A stretch of DNA of 64,000 nt from Candidatus Bathyarchaeia archaeon. GTDB lineage: Archaea > Thermoproteota > Bathyarchaeia > Bathyarchaeales > Bathycorpusculaceae. The stretch's first letter is position 1, and each line of letters begins with the position of its first letter. Location of the stretch: NCBI GenBank assembly GCA_049516875.1, contig JBEKSS010000010.1, positions 32,001-96,000 of the forward strand, given 5' to 3'. Positions 49,736-59,906 of the stretch are shown here, one piece after another. Position numbers and translations under genes: made by a program. A model generated the notes under the pieces. That model was not told the origin of the DNA, searched no databases, and saw nothing but the letters and a program-made list of their open reading frames with translations.

Positions 49736-49969
49736 CTATAGCTCGCGTTCAATCATTGTCGCTGTTGTCCTAACATTTCCAAGTTTTCTAATATGGGACA
49801 CAATCTGGTTAAGCTCATCAATCGTGTTCGCGGTCACCTTTGCTATTATGTCGTAATCCCCAAGAACATAGAAGGCTTCGTCAAAGCCTTGAACCTTCTT
49901 TAGAGCTTTTAAGACGCCAGTTTCACAACCCAGATTCACGTTCATCATGATAAACGCCTTGAACTTCAC
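49736..49969 (-). CDS. Stand-alone Lrp/AsnC ligand-binding domain protein
   Basis: AFIMMNV, GDYDII and IRKLGNVRTTATMI; GGAGG SD. Confidence 0.85.
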   Translation of the reverse strand: MKFKAFIMMNVNLGCETGVLKALKKVQGFDEAFYVLGDYDIIAKVTANTIDELNQIVSHIRKLGNVRTTATMIEREL

Positions 49970-50362
49970 TTGAATCCTCCACCATTATGCCTGCGTCTGC
50001 GTACAGATATTTAGAGCTTTTGTCTTTCCCAATTTAATGCTTGCTACTCTCGGGCGCGCGACACTGCAAAAGACTGCGGGATAGAACCGTTCAGGACGCC
50101 ATACGGGGCACCGCAAGTTTCTGGAGCTTGGCTGTGCGCACAATGTAGCGCACTGGTTTTTCATGTTCCTTTCTGTGCAATAATTCCTTGGCTGGGTCTC
50201 CTAACATGCGTCATTCTGATGCTCTCTTGAAGACTTGAGAATCTTGGATCGCCGCGCGTGCCTTTGACGAAATCTCTCTATGATGCCCGCGCGCATGACG
50301 ACTAGCGCGCTTCGTTGCGTTAATATAGCTTATGAGAAAGACATTGAGTGTAAATCTCGGCG

Positions 50363-51196
50363 ATGGTTGATCTCATGGAGAAACTGCACGGGGAAAATCG
50401 AATTGAAGAATTCAGGAAAATTGCAGAGTTGCTCAAATCAAAGATTGCCTCGTATGAAGGTGTTTCTGGCATTGTTTGTGCTGGCGGTTTGATTAGACGT
50501 TTTGCTGACAAGTATTCTGATGTGGACATTATTGTCTTGTTAGGCGAGAAGGACAAGGACTTGAGGAAGAAGGTTCGAAAGATTGGGAAGGAAGAACAGA
50601 GACGCTCGGGCGTTGACGTGGATTTGGAAGTTCACTTTCTTGAAGACTTCAGGACCCGGAAATGGGATGAGATGGCTAGGTGGGATTTTTCGCATTCGGA
50701 GATAGTCTTTGATCTTGAAGGAAAGGTGCGGAAGCTGTTCAAGAAGAAGTTGAGAGTTTCCAAGAGTTTTTGGCTGAAGCGGATTGTCATTTATGGAGAA
50801 TACCTTAAGTGGTATTGTTTCCCGCCTCAGGATAATGTGGGAACTATCGTTGATGCATGGGTCGATAGAGGTGACTTGATCTCTGCCCATTACTGTCTGG
50901 ACTATGCTTTGGGCCTCCTGATCAGGATAATATTCGCCTTGAACAGGGAGTTTCTGCCTCCTCCCAAATGGGAATTCTTCTACTCTTGCAATTTAAAGTG
51001 GCTGCCCTCGAATTACAAGAAACGTATCAGCGAAGCCTTGACCGTTAAGAACCTGTCAAAGAGCGACTTGGACCGAAGGCTAAGGGCAACTGGAGAACTT
51101 TGGCGTGAAGTTCTGCCCAAGATAAGAGAAGAAACAGGTTTGACCCCAGAATTGATGTCAAAACAGTATGCCAGACACGTGCTTAGGCAATCCTGA
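50363..51196 (+). CDS. Pol-beta-family nucleotidyltransferase with helical C-terminal domain (DUF4037-like)
   Basis: GGLIRRFADKYSDVDI and IFALNREFLPPPKW. Confidence 0.8.
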   Translation: MVDLMEKLHGENRIEEFRKIAELLKSKIASYEGVSGIVCAGGLIRRFADKYSDVDIIVLLGEKDKDLRKKVRKIGKEEQRRSGVDVDLEVHFLEDFRTRKWDEMARWDFSHSEIVFDLEGKVRKLFKKKLRVSKSFWLKRIVIYGEYLKWYCFPPQDNVGTIVDAWVDRGDLISAHYCLDYALGLLIRIIFALNREFLPPPKWEFFYSCNLKWLPSNYKKRISEALTVKNLSKSDLDRRLRATGELWREVLPKIREETGLTPELMSKQYARHVLRQS

Positions 51197-51288
51197 TGTC
51201 TTGCGAGCGCTGAGAAGATATGTTTACATACTTCCCTCAACAAACAAGAGCATGAATCGAGAGTCAAGACAGTGAAGGAGGTTGAAAT

Positions 51289-51468
51289 TTGGCGAAAGAT
51301 CCGATTTGTGGAATGGAAGTGAATGAGAAGACGGCGAAACACAAGACGGAGTACAAGGGCAAAATCTACTACTTCTGCACGCAGATGTGCAAGACAACGT
51401 TTGACAAGAGCCCTGCCGAGTACGCCAGTGGCCAAACGCAGCCTTCAGGTCACATGGGGCATTCCTAG
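51289..51468 (+). CDS. YHS/TRASH metal-binding small protein, 59 aa
   Basis: Not in the ORF track. MAKDPICGMEV...YKGKIYYFCTQMCKTTFDKSP with a His-containing tail; AAGGAGG SD. Confidence 0.88.
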   Translation: MAKDPICGMEVNEKTAKHKTEYKGKIYYFCTQMCKTTFDKSPAEYASGQTQPSGHMGHS

Positions 51469-51601
51469 ATTGAAGAGACCCATGCCTTCAGAGCTAGGAT
51501 GTTTCAACTGTGTTTCCTTTTTTTCAAGTTGATGTTTCAATGTTTTATATCGGCTTGCGCTTTTGAGAATTGTTAGACCAGACGCTATTAAGGTGGGAGA
51601 C

Positions 51602-52387
51602 GTGAAAATAGGGGCAGGGTATCCGACCGTTGAGCATGAACGAGCTTCAAAGGCCATTGTGAACTTTTTCTCCAAGGCTCCAGATGTCGAAGCTGTGATA
51701 CTCACTGGTTCTTGTGCACGTGGGAAAGCCACAAAAGACAGTTGTTTGGACATAATGGTCCTCTTGCCTCCGAAAGCGTCAATGAGCAAAAGGTCCAAGT
51801 TGGAACGTGGGTGGAGCGACTTCTATGAAAATAGTGCTGTTTTTGACAAATTGCGAAGAGTCGGCAGGTACTCGCATGTGGATTTGGATTTTGTTGACGG
51901 CTGTCTTGTGCCCAAGACGCGCGGCTGGACCTCTGGACCGGATGAGTTTGAGCTGGAAATAGGCAACTTACTGGTGTACAGCGTACCACTCTGGGAGCGC
52001 GGTGACTGCTTTAGGCGTCTTAAGACCAAGTGGCTACCCTATTATGACGAGAAACTTCGACAAGAAAGATTAGCAACTGTACGTCAGTTCTGCCTCAATA
52101 ACCTTGATCATGTTCCTCTGTATGTGGACAGAGGTCTATATTTTCAAGCCTTCGACCGCTTGTACAATGCATTTCAAGAATTCCTTCAGGCTCTATTCAT
52201 CGCGCGCCGAACCTACCCCATTGCATATGACAAGTGGATCAGAGAACAGATTGAAGAGATACTCGGCATGCCAGAGCTCTACAGGCAATTGCCCAAACTT
52301 TTCGAAATCAAACACTTTGAAAGTCAAGAGATTGCGCTAAAGGCAAGAGAACTAAACCGCCTCTTCGAAAAGTGTGTCCAAGAATAG
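51602..52387 (+). CDS. Pol-beta-family nucleotidyltransferase domain protein
   Basis: LTGSCARGKATKDSCLDI and YPIAYDKWIRE; likely GTG start at 51602. Confidence 0.78.
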   Translation: MKIGAGYPTVEHERASKAIVNFFSKAPDVEAVILTGSCARGKATKDSCLDIMVLLPPKASMSKRSKLERGWSDFYENSAVFDKLRRVGRYSHVDLDFVDGCLVPKTRGWTSGPDEFELEIGNLLVYSVPLWERGDCFRRLKTKWLPYYDEKLRQERLATVRQFCLNNLDHVPLYVDRGLYFQAFDRLYNAFQEFLQALFIARRTYPIAYDKWIREQIEEILGMPELYRQLPKLFEIKHFESQEIALKARELNRLFEKCVQE

Positions 52388-52507
52388 CATGGACTGACTC
52401 CTCTCCGGCGATATCTCCCGTATTCCCGTTTGACATAGATAGCGCCAAGAAGAGACGGGTCAAACCATCTTAAAAAGAGTGATGGAGAATTGTTCTATGG
52501 TGAAAAA

Positions 52508-52660
52508 ATGAGTGACGCTCGACCGGTAAGATGCCAAAAATGCGGAAAACCTTTGGGCTATGTGACTGTGTTAGCAAAAGGTCTAACATCGTTTCAGCAA
52601 CCTATTCAAAACGTCAAAATAGTTGCTATCTGTATGGAATGTTTCCAAAAGAAAAAGTAG
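52508..52660 (+). CDS. Small zinc-ribbon protein, 50 aa
   Basis: Not in the ORF track. MSDARPVRCQKCGKPLGYV...VAICMECFQKKK with two CxxC; GGTGA SD. Confidence 0.72.
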   Translation: MSDARPVRCQKCGKPLGYVTVLAKGLTSFQQPIQNVKIVAICMECFQKKK

Positions 52661-52739
52661 GCAACGGGTCAGAGTGCCTTAAAAAGAGTATTAGAAGTGT
52701 CTTCCAGTTGAGTTAGAGGTTTTAGTGTCAGTTTTCGTG

Positions 52740-53267
52740 CTAAGCAGTTTTTGTCAGTATCTTTGGTTCTTTCCATTCTTCTCTGAGAATACTGTACATA
52801 TGAGCAATCGTCCATTTTCCCCTTATGAACGAGTATTTTCTCAAAGTTCCCTCTCTCAGGAAACCAACTTTCTCCACAACCTTCTGGGATGACTTGTTCT
52901 CAATGTTTATTATTGCTTGGATGCGAACTATGTCTTTAGACAGAAACAGAAAATCTACAAGGATTTGTGCCGCCTCAGTGCAGTATCCTTTTCTTCTCTC
53001 GCTTGGAATCAAGAAAGTGCCCAAAGTTGGCACCCTATCAATAAGGAAATGAGAAATGAGTCCAATCTTGCTTCCATCCTTCTTTTCGATAACAAAAGTC
53101 TGCTGTTCTGGATGGGCTTCGCCGTAACGTTTCTCCAACTCTGACCTTGAAATTTGCGTAAATCCTTCATGTTCACCCAAAACATCTGGAGTATTCAGCC
53201 ATTCCACAACCAGCGGCAAGTCCTCTTTCTCATCAGCCCTCAAATTCACATTTTTACCTTCAAGCAA
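52740..53267 (-). CDS. RimJ/RimL-type GNAT acetyltransferase
   Basis: LEGKNVNLR, RRKGYCTEA, NKSSQKVVEKVGFLREG and YSILREEW. Confidence 0.88.
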   Translation of the reverse strand: MLEGKNVNLRADEKEDLPLVVEWLNTPDVLGEHEGFTQISRSELEKRYGEAHPEQQTFVIEKKDGSKIGLISHFLIDRVPTLGTFLIPSERRKGYCTEAAQILVDFLFLSKDIVRIQAIINIENKSSQKVVEKVGFLREGTLRKYSFIRGKWTIAHMYSILREEWKEPKILTKTA

Positions 53268-53334
53268 ATACCTGCACCAGTCCAAAATGATTGAGTTGGT
53301 TCGGCTACAACTTTTCCGCAAAATCGAAACTGGC

Positions 53335-54330
53335 TTAATCCAATAGATAATATGGTAATTCTTGAAAAGAAACAGACCATTCTTTTCTGCAGGCAATTAG
53401 TGCGCACAGGAGCGTAAGAATGAACATTGAAGGGATAAGGATCGATGGAAATTCTGGAATAGCCTGTGGGCTGTTTTGAAAAGTCATCGATGTGCCGTCC
53501 GTTGACGCTATTATTGTTCCTGACTTGAAAGTGCCGTATATTGTTACTCCATGAGCTAGGAGCCTTTGCACTGTCTCCGGGTGGGGGTGTCCGTAAGGAT
53601 TGTCTTTTCCTGCGCTTATGATTCCATACGTTGGCTTGACCCTGTCTAGATATTCATCTGTCGTAGCGTAACGGCTTCCATGATGCCCGACTTTCAAGAC
53701 ATTGCTCTTCAGGTCCAGTCCACAGTTGAGCATGCTCTGCTCGGCATTTGCCTCTGCATCGCCTTCCAGCAAGAAGCTTGTCTCACCCACCTGTAGCCTC
53801 ATCACGATACTGTTTTCATTTTGATCAGTGAATTCGATTGGTTGAACTGGATTCAGTATAGTGAGGCTTGCTGTTGCAGTAAGATTGTAGACTTGCCCTC
53901 GCTGAGCCGCGAGAACTGTGTGACTTTTGGCGAGGTTCATGAAGTTCGTGTACACGAGCGTGCTGTCGGGTTGATTGTTGACCAGTATTTCGTCCACCTG
54001 AACAGTCGAACTCAAAATAGTGATTAGCCCGCCAATGTGGTCTTCGTGCATGTGGGTTGCCACCATCAGACCAATACGTGTAATGTTTAAGCCGCTCACG
54101 TAGTTTAGCACTGTTGCTCCTGCCGCTTCTGTTCCACCGTCTATCAGTACGTCCACGCCCGATGTGTCAATCAAAATCGAGTCGCCCTGCCCCACATCGA
54201 TGAAGTGCACTGTGACGTTTGTATAAGTCGCCGCAAATGTGAAGCCGTCTGTTCTCATGTTTGATAATATCAACATTGATACAAGAAGTATAGTGGACAG
54301 AGACAACTGAAAAACGCACTTTTTTCCCAT
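53335..54330 (-). CDS. Secreted ComEC/Rec2-type metallo-beta-lactamase nuclease with PEF-CTERM-like tail
   Basis: Signal peptide; DVGQGDS, THMHEDHIGG, KVGHHGS and NPYGHP; IPEFP followed by TM and RK. Confidence 0.88.
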   Translation of the reverse strand: MGKKCVFQLSLSTILLVSMLILSNMRTDGFTFAATYTNVTVHFIDVGQGDSILIDTSGVDVLIDGGTEAAGATVLNYVSGLNITRIGLMVATHMHEDHIGGLITILSSTVQVDEILVNNQPDSTLVYTNFMNLAKSHTVLAAQRGQVYNLTATASLTILNPVQPIEFTDQNENSIVMRLQVGETSFLLEGDAEANAEQSMLNCGLDLKSNVLKVGHHGSRYATTDEYLDRVKPTYGIISAGKDNPYGHPHPETVQRLLAHGVTIYGTFKSGTIIASTDGTSMTFQNSPQAIPEFPSILIPSMFILTLLCALIACRKEWSVSFQELPYYLLD

Positions 54331-54388
54331 AAATGTTGGTCTAGTGTAGCATACATAAAAGAGTTTTGCGTGCTTCGTTATCTATGTG

Positions 54389-56542
54389 CTACGGTTTCCA
54401 TCTTCTCAGGAGCATGGAGTTTCCGACGACTGTGAGGTCGCTGAGTATCATCGAGGTTGCCGCAGCTTCGGGTGGGATTAGAATGTGAAGTGGCAAATAG
54501 AGCAGGCCTGCGGCCAAGGGAATCATTATGACGTTGTAGAAGAAGGCCCAGAACAGGTTTTGTTTGATTTTGCTCAGCGTTTTCTTGCTGAGGTCGATGC
54601 TGGTGGCCACATCTCTTGGGTCATCTTTGATTAAGACTATGTCTCCTGCTTCGATTGCTACGTCGGTTCCGCTTCCGATGGCTATGCCCACGTTGGCTTG
54701 CGTTATTGCTGGTGCATCGTTTATTCCGTCTCCGACCATGGCGACGAATCGGCCTTGGCTTTGCAGCTTCTTTATCTCTTCAACCTTCTGGGCTGGAACC
54801 ACTTCGGCCAAGACTTCGGTTATGCCTAGCTGTCCGGCAATCGCCTCTGCCGTTCTTTTGGTATCACCGCTGAGCATTACAACTTTCAAGCCCATCTTAT
54901 GGAGTGTTTCAACTGCCTCTTTCGAATGCTCCTTAAGCGTGTCAGAAACAGCTAACAACCCCACAGCATTACTGGCTACGGCCACTACAAGCACCGTTTT
55001 GCCTTCGCCTTCCAATCTCTGAACATCGCTTTCAAAGCGTTCGATCGGAATTCCGTTGTTCTTCATCAAGGCGCGGTTCCCTATCAGAACCTTCTTGCCT
55101 TCAACCTCAGCTACTACGCCGAAGCCTGGTAAAGCTTCAAAAGACTCCGGTTCGCCGAAACTGATTTTTTCAGCTTCAGCCTTTTTGACTATGGCCTGAC
55201 CTATTGGGTGTTCAGACCATTTTTCCGCGGCGCCTGCAACCTGCAGGATGAAGTTCTTGTCTCCTGCAACGATGTCGGTGACTTCCAGTTTGCCCCTAGT
55301 CAACGTACCGGTCTTGTCAAAAACCACCGTGTCCAGATTTCTAACAACCTCCAAGATGGCGTTATTCTTGATGAGAATTCCGTTTTCAGCACCGTTGCCT
55401 ACTCCAATCATGATGGCCGCTGGAGTTGCTATCCCCAGAGCACATGGACACGAGATGGCGAGGACGGAAACCATGGTTGTCAAAGCCAGCGCGTCGTCTA
55501 CGACGAAATGCCATATGAGAAAAACGGCTACTGCAATTGAGACAACGACTGGGACGAATATGTTGACAACCTTGTCTGCGATTCTTTGGATTGGCGCTTT
55601 GCTCGCCTGGACTTCTCTTGCCAGTCTGACTATTTGAGCCAAAGTGGTTTCGAGTCCCACCTTTTCTGCCGTGAACTTCAAGGTGCCGGTTTTGTTTATC
55701 GTACCGCTGAAAACCGTGTCTCCCAAAACTTTTTCAACTGGAACTGACTCGCCGGTGATCATCGACTCATCTATAAACGTGCGACCTTCAAAAACTGCCC
55801 CGTCAACAGGAATTCTTTCGCCGGGTTTTACGATGACTGTGTCGCCAACCTGAACTTCGTCGACTGGAATTTCCTTTTCTTCGCTGTCACGGACAACGAA
55901 TGCTGTTTTGGGTTGAAGAGCCATGAGCTTCTTTATCGTCTCACCCGTCCGTTCGACAGCCATGTCTTCCAACAACATGCCCAACGTTATTGTCGTGATA
56001 ACGACGGCTGAAGCATCAAAGAACACCATGCCCTGCAGGATGAAGATCGAATAAACAGAGTAGACATATGCTGCCGTAGCGCTTAGAGCTACCAGCACGT
56101 TCATGTCGGCAAACCTGTTTCTGATCGAAGAGTACGCGCCTCGATAGAAGTGCCAGCCCACGACAAACTGAACTGGGGTCGCCAAAGCCAGCAGAACGTA
56201 GCTCTTTCCTGGAAAATCAAGAAGATAAGAAATTAGCACGATGGGAATTGTCAGGGCGAGGCCCAGCAAGAAAAGCAGCATCCTGTTCCTGACATGTTTT
56301 CGGCGTTTTTCAGTCGTGTCCTCAACCTGCTCAACAGCTTCGTACCCGCCTCTCTTTATCACCGCCTTGATCTTGTCCAAGCCTATCTTGTCTTCATCAA
56401 ACCTGACAATGGCTTCTTTTGAAGCGAAATTCACCTTTGCCTCTATGACACCGTCCATTCTGGCTAAGCCTGTCTGAATTCCTTCCGAACAGGATGGACA
56501 ACTCATGCCCAGGATTTGGAGAACGACTTCTCTTTCTTTCAT
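54389..56542 (-). CDS. copA: Copper-translocating P1B-type ATPase
   Basis: GMSCPSC HMA domain, TGES, CPC, DKTGT, SEHP, GDGINDAP and YN motif. Confidence 0.93.
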   Translation of the reverse strand: MKEREVVLQILGMSCPSCSEGIQTGLARMDGVIEAKVNFASKEAIVRFDEDKIGLDKIKAVIKRGGYEAVEQVEDTTEKRRKHVRNRMLLFLLGLALTIPIVLISYLLDFPGKSYVLLALATPVQFVVGWHFYRGAYSSIRNRFADMNVLVALSATAAYVYSVYSIFILQGMVFFDASAVVITTITLGMLLEDMAVERTGETIKKLMALQPKTAFVVRDSEEKEIPVDEVQVGDTVIVKPGERIPVDGAVFEGRTFIDESMITGESVPVEKVLGDTVFSGTINKTGTLKFTAEKVGLETTLAQIVRLAREVQASKAPIQRIADKVVNIFVPVVVSIAVAVFLIWHFVVDDALALTTMVSVLAISCPCALGIATPAAIMIGVGNGAENGILIKNNAILEVVRNLDTVVFDKTGTLTRGKLEVTDIVAGDKNFILQVAGAAEKWSEHPIGQAIVKKAEAEKISFGEPESFEALPGFGVVAEVEGKKVLIGNRALMKNNGIPIERFESDVQRLEGEGKTVLVVAVASNAVGLLAVSDTLKEHSKEAVETLHKMGLKVVMLSGDTKRTAEAIAGQLGITEVLAEVVPAQKVEEIKKLQSQGRFVAMVGDGINDAPAITQANVGIAIGSGTDVAIEAGDIVLIKDDPRDVATSIDLSKKTLSKIKQNLFWAFFYNVIMIPLAAGLLYLPLHILIPPEAAATSMILSDLTVVGNSMLLRRWKP

Positions 56543-56578
56543 CTCACGTCAACCTTAACGCTCCAGATTCATTCGAGC

Positions 56579-57223
56579 TCAAATAGTGGCCTTCAACACT
56601 TGCTCCAGAAACATGTCCTCTGGAACCGCTCCCACGAATTCGATTTTTTCGTTGACCACTATTTTTGGGACGCCCATGACGCCATACTTTATGGCCATAT
56701 CTGAAAATTCGTTAGCATCGATCACTTCGGCAGTTATGAGGCTGTTTTCTATGGCAAACTTGTGAGCCATGGTTGCAGCCGTTGGGCAGTGTGGGCACGT
56801 CAGGGTCGTGAAAACCTTTATATTGATTGGAATTTTGATTTCTCGCAGCTTCTGCTTTGTTTGTTCTGAAAGGTTAGTTTGGCCTCTGGAAACTGAAGCC
56901 AACGCCTCCATCAATGTTTGGAACTCGTAGCCGTATGGGAACCCGTAGAACCTTATTCCATAATCTTTTTCGCTTCTGATGACGATTGCTGGAATCTTGT
57001 CAACGCCGTACTGTTGAGCCAGTTGAGTGTCAGCCACAAAATCATGAACTTCAGCTTGAATCTTCTCGTTTAATTCTGCCAGTTCATAAATCAGTTGTTT
57101 GGTGTCCGCGCAGAACTTGCATTCCATCACCTGTGTGAACATTATGACTCTCACTGGACCAACCAGTTTTTCCACAAGTTCACTTCTGATACGCTCTCTC
57201 TGTTCGTCAGGTATCAAACTCAT
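56579..57223 (-). CDS. Protein disulfide oxidoreductase (two thioredoxin folds, PDO/AhpF-N like)
   Basis: CKFC and CPHC; RFYGFPYGYEF; GVMGVP. Confidence 0.9.
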   Translation of the reverse strand: MSLIPDEQRERIRSELVEKLVGPVRVIMFTQVMECKFCADTKQLIYELAELNEKIQAEVHDFVADTQLAQQYGVDKIPAIVIRSEKDYGIRFYGFPYGYEFQTLMEALASVSRGQTNLSEQTKQKLREIKIPINIKVFTTLTCPHCPTAATMAHKFAIENSLITAEVIDANEFSDMAIKYGVMGVPKIVVNEKIEFVGAVPEDMFLEQVLKATI

Positions 57224-57657
57224 CTTTCATTCACTTCATAACTGGTCTTTTCAGCTTTTCCTGAAGCAATGCGGGACAGATTCCTTTCACTCCTTCCATA
57301 GATTCAATTCTCTCCGATAATATTAGCCTTGTCAGTCCCCGTCCGTCATGCGTCCATGTTTCAGTCATCACCACACGCTCTCCGCCTAAAGTGGCAACAC
57401 ATCTTGCCTAGTCTAATTCACAGAGTCTCTGAGCCGCTTCAAGCAGGTTCGGGGGGTCGAACTCCGCTCCAACGTTGCGAAGAAATATAAGACAGTACCA
57501 AAATGAAAGGATTTTGTCCAAGAATGAGAAAAAAGGTGTCAAGAATGGAAACAAAAACTGGCCTATCCAATGCAAATATCGCACGCTGTGCAGAGAGAGA
57601 CTCTCATGGAAATTCCCCCTTTTCCTTGACCAAATGGCTTGCGGGAGGTGATAGGTT

Positions 57658-58077
57658 TTGACGAAGTTGAATGCAACCGCAAGGCTGGTCAAGAATTACA
57701 GGATAGATGTTGACGACGGCAGGGCTCACGCAATATGTCTTGATCTTGAACAGGACGATGGAGGAACTGACATGGGACCTTCAGCTCTTGAACTAGCATT
57801 GATGAGCTTTGCGGGATGCTATGCAGCAATATTCATGCTCACAGCAAACAAGATGCGGAAGACCATAAAGGACTTGGAGGTAAAGGCGGAAGCAGTCAAG
57901 TCCGAAGAGGCAGGAACCATAATAGAAACAAAATTTGACATTACAATAAAAGCAGACATGCCAGAAGACAGAGTACACAGACTACATGAATTAACAGTAA
58001 AAGGCTGCCCAGTTGGAAAAATCTTTGAAAAGGCCGGAGTCAAAATAAAGTACAACATCAAAATAGAAAAGCAGTAG
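57658..58077 (+). CDS. OsmC/Ohr family protein
   Basis: GGTDMGPSALEL..SFAGC and GCPV; GGAGGTGA SD. Confidence 0.88.
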   Translation: MTKLNATARLVKNYRIDVDDGRAHAICLDLEQDDGGTDMGPSALELALMSFAGCYAAIFMLTANKMRKTIKDLEVKAEAVKSEEAGTIIETKFDITIKADMPEDRVHRLHELTVKGCPVGKIFEKAGVKIKYNIKIEKQ

Positions 58078-58402
58078 CGCGATATTTTCTTTTTGGAACA
58101 TCTCTTGCTTGAGTTCTTGGTAGCGGCGACAATGAAAACAGACGAATTACGATTAGTGGCGAAAGGCAAATTGGAGCGCGCGCGCTAGTTGCTGTAGCGT
58201 GCTCTGCAGTAATTCACGAAATCAGGAGCGAACAATACTAGAAAACAGATTGCCCCAAAGATTTCATCTCTGCTTGAGCAAGAATGACGAAGCCTGCGAA
58301 AGTTTCTCCTTAAGCCCTAATAAATGGGCGAAAGACTCTTAACAGTCCTTCAAGATTTGTCTGTGCTTATGCCCTGTATTGCGGTCTGCGTAGTATGGAG
58401 AT

Positions 58403-59686
58403 ATGTGTGGCGTAATGGATGTTCAAACGAAAAGCTCGAAGTTCAAAATAGCGATAAGTCAGCGGTTGCGCCGCGTCTCCTCTAAGCTTGGACTCTCAGG
58501 CCACCCGTTTCAGATATACGTCATGCTGACTGCAAGCCTCCTCTTCTCGTTTGGAAGAAACATCGCTTTTCCGTATCTTGCCATGTTTCTCAACGGAAAA
58601 ACTCAGGACGGAGGACTGGGGTTTGACTCGTCGCTCGTGGGCTTCATGATAATGATTGGAGGGCTGAGCTCTACTCTCGCGTTGCTGGTGACGGGAAGCC
58701 TGTGCGACAGGTTTGGAAGAAAAAGAATGATGATATTCTCGATAATCCCGCAGACCATACTGACAGCTGGCTTCGCATATTCTCATGCTTATACTGAATT
58801 CCTGCTGCTTTACGCTGCAACGGGAGTGATTGGAGCTTTCTACGATCCGGCTTACAGCGCCATGGTAGCAGACCTTGTACAACCTGAAAGAAGAGAACAG
58901 GTCTACGGTTTGAGTTACATGATAGGCAACGTCGGCACGATGATCGGCCCGCCAATTGGCGGTATAATCGCGAGCATGAACGGCTACTCCGTGTTGTTTC
59001 TCTACGCGGCCTTCTTTGCCGCTGGAGCCGCAGTAACGGTTACGCTTCTGGTCAAGGAAACACAGCCCAAAGACGCCTGCTACGCGTCCTTCTCTCAGTT
59101 CGCGGGAATCTTCAAGGACAGGATATTCATTTTCTTCTGCTTCTTGGGCGCCATGACAAGCCTTGTCTACAGCCAACTATACGGGCTGCTTTCCGTGTAC
59201 ACGCAGTACATCGGCTTTGAACCCTACGTTTTCGGCATCTTCTTCTCAGTCAACGGGCTGATGGTGGTTCTTCTGCAGATCCCACTGAGGTTGGGAACGA
59301 TGAGAATCGGTGCCACCAAAGCGTTCATTATTGCCCAAACACTCTACGCTGTGGGCTTTACATCCTTCATGTTTGCCACGAGCTTCCAGCAGTTTTTGGC
59401 AGGCGTAGTCGTTCTGACACTGGGCGAAATAGTATTCGTCCCTGCAAGCTCGGCCTTCGTCGCGAACATCGCACCTGCAGATATGAGAGGAAGATACATG
59501 GCTATGGCAGGACTGTTCTTCGGCATCGGAAGCTCAGCGGGTTCACAAATCGCCTTCAGCATCTTCGGAGCACTGACTGACAAGCAGCTCACGTGGGGAA
59601 TCTTGGGAATCATAGGGTTTGCCACATCCATCGGCTACGCTCTAATGCTCAAAATGACTCGCAAAAAGCAACCACAGACCTGTTAA
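58403..59686 (+). CDS. Major facilitator superfamily transporter
   Basis: GSLCDRFGRKR motif A, about 12 TM, APADMRGRY. Confidence 0.9.
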   Translation: MCGVMDVQTKSSKFKIAISQRLRRVSSKLGLSGHPFQIYVMLTASLLFSFGRNIAFPYLAMFLNGKTQDGGLGFDSSLVGFMIMIGGLSSTLALLVTGSLCDRFGRKRMMIFSIIPQTILTAGFAYSHAYTEFLLLYAATGVIGAFYDPAYSAMVADLVQPERREQVYGLSYMIGNVGTMIGPPIGGIIASMNGYSVLFLYAAFFAAGAAVTVTLLVKETQPKDACYASFSQFAGIFKDRIFIFFCFLGAMTSLVYSQLYGLLSVYTQYIGFEPYVFGIFFSVNGLMVVLLQIPLRLGTMRIGATKAFIIAQTLYAVGFTSFMFATSFQQFLAGVVVLTLGEIVFVPASSAFVANIAPADMRGRYMAMAGLFFGIGSSAGSQIAFSIFGALTDKQLTWGILGIIGFATSIGYALMLKMTRKKQPQTC

Positions 59687-59906
59687 TCACTACTATACAC
59701 ACTACCGCAAACATAAGTGTCGAAGACAGTTTGTTACAATCGCCCCAGTAGTTCACGCGATTAGCGTAGAGTTGTTCTTTTACCGTCGCGATAGTCAATG
59801 CTGCAAAACCCTTCGTGGAACTAGAATTCTCTACAGCCGAGCGTCGCAAGCGAGCCATGAAAAGGCTTTTCAGAGACTTGTTGGTAACTCTCTAGTGGTT
59901 TGTAGG

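Noticed and set aside
50060-50125. Peptide DCGIEPFRTPYGAPQ resembling an rve-type transposase segment
   Set aside because: Too short, with no start codon, no terminal repeats and no DDE context; it may be chance.
57230-57650. Short ORFs upstream of PDO, including an apparent TGA-interrupted frame and the 57408-57692 ORF
   Set aside because: No recognisable domain or SECIS; probably a divergent promoter region or decayed sequence.
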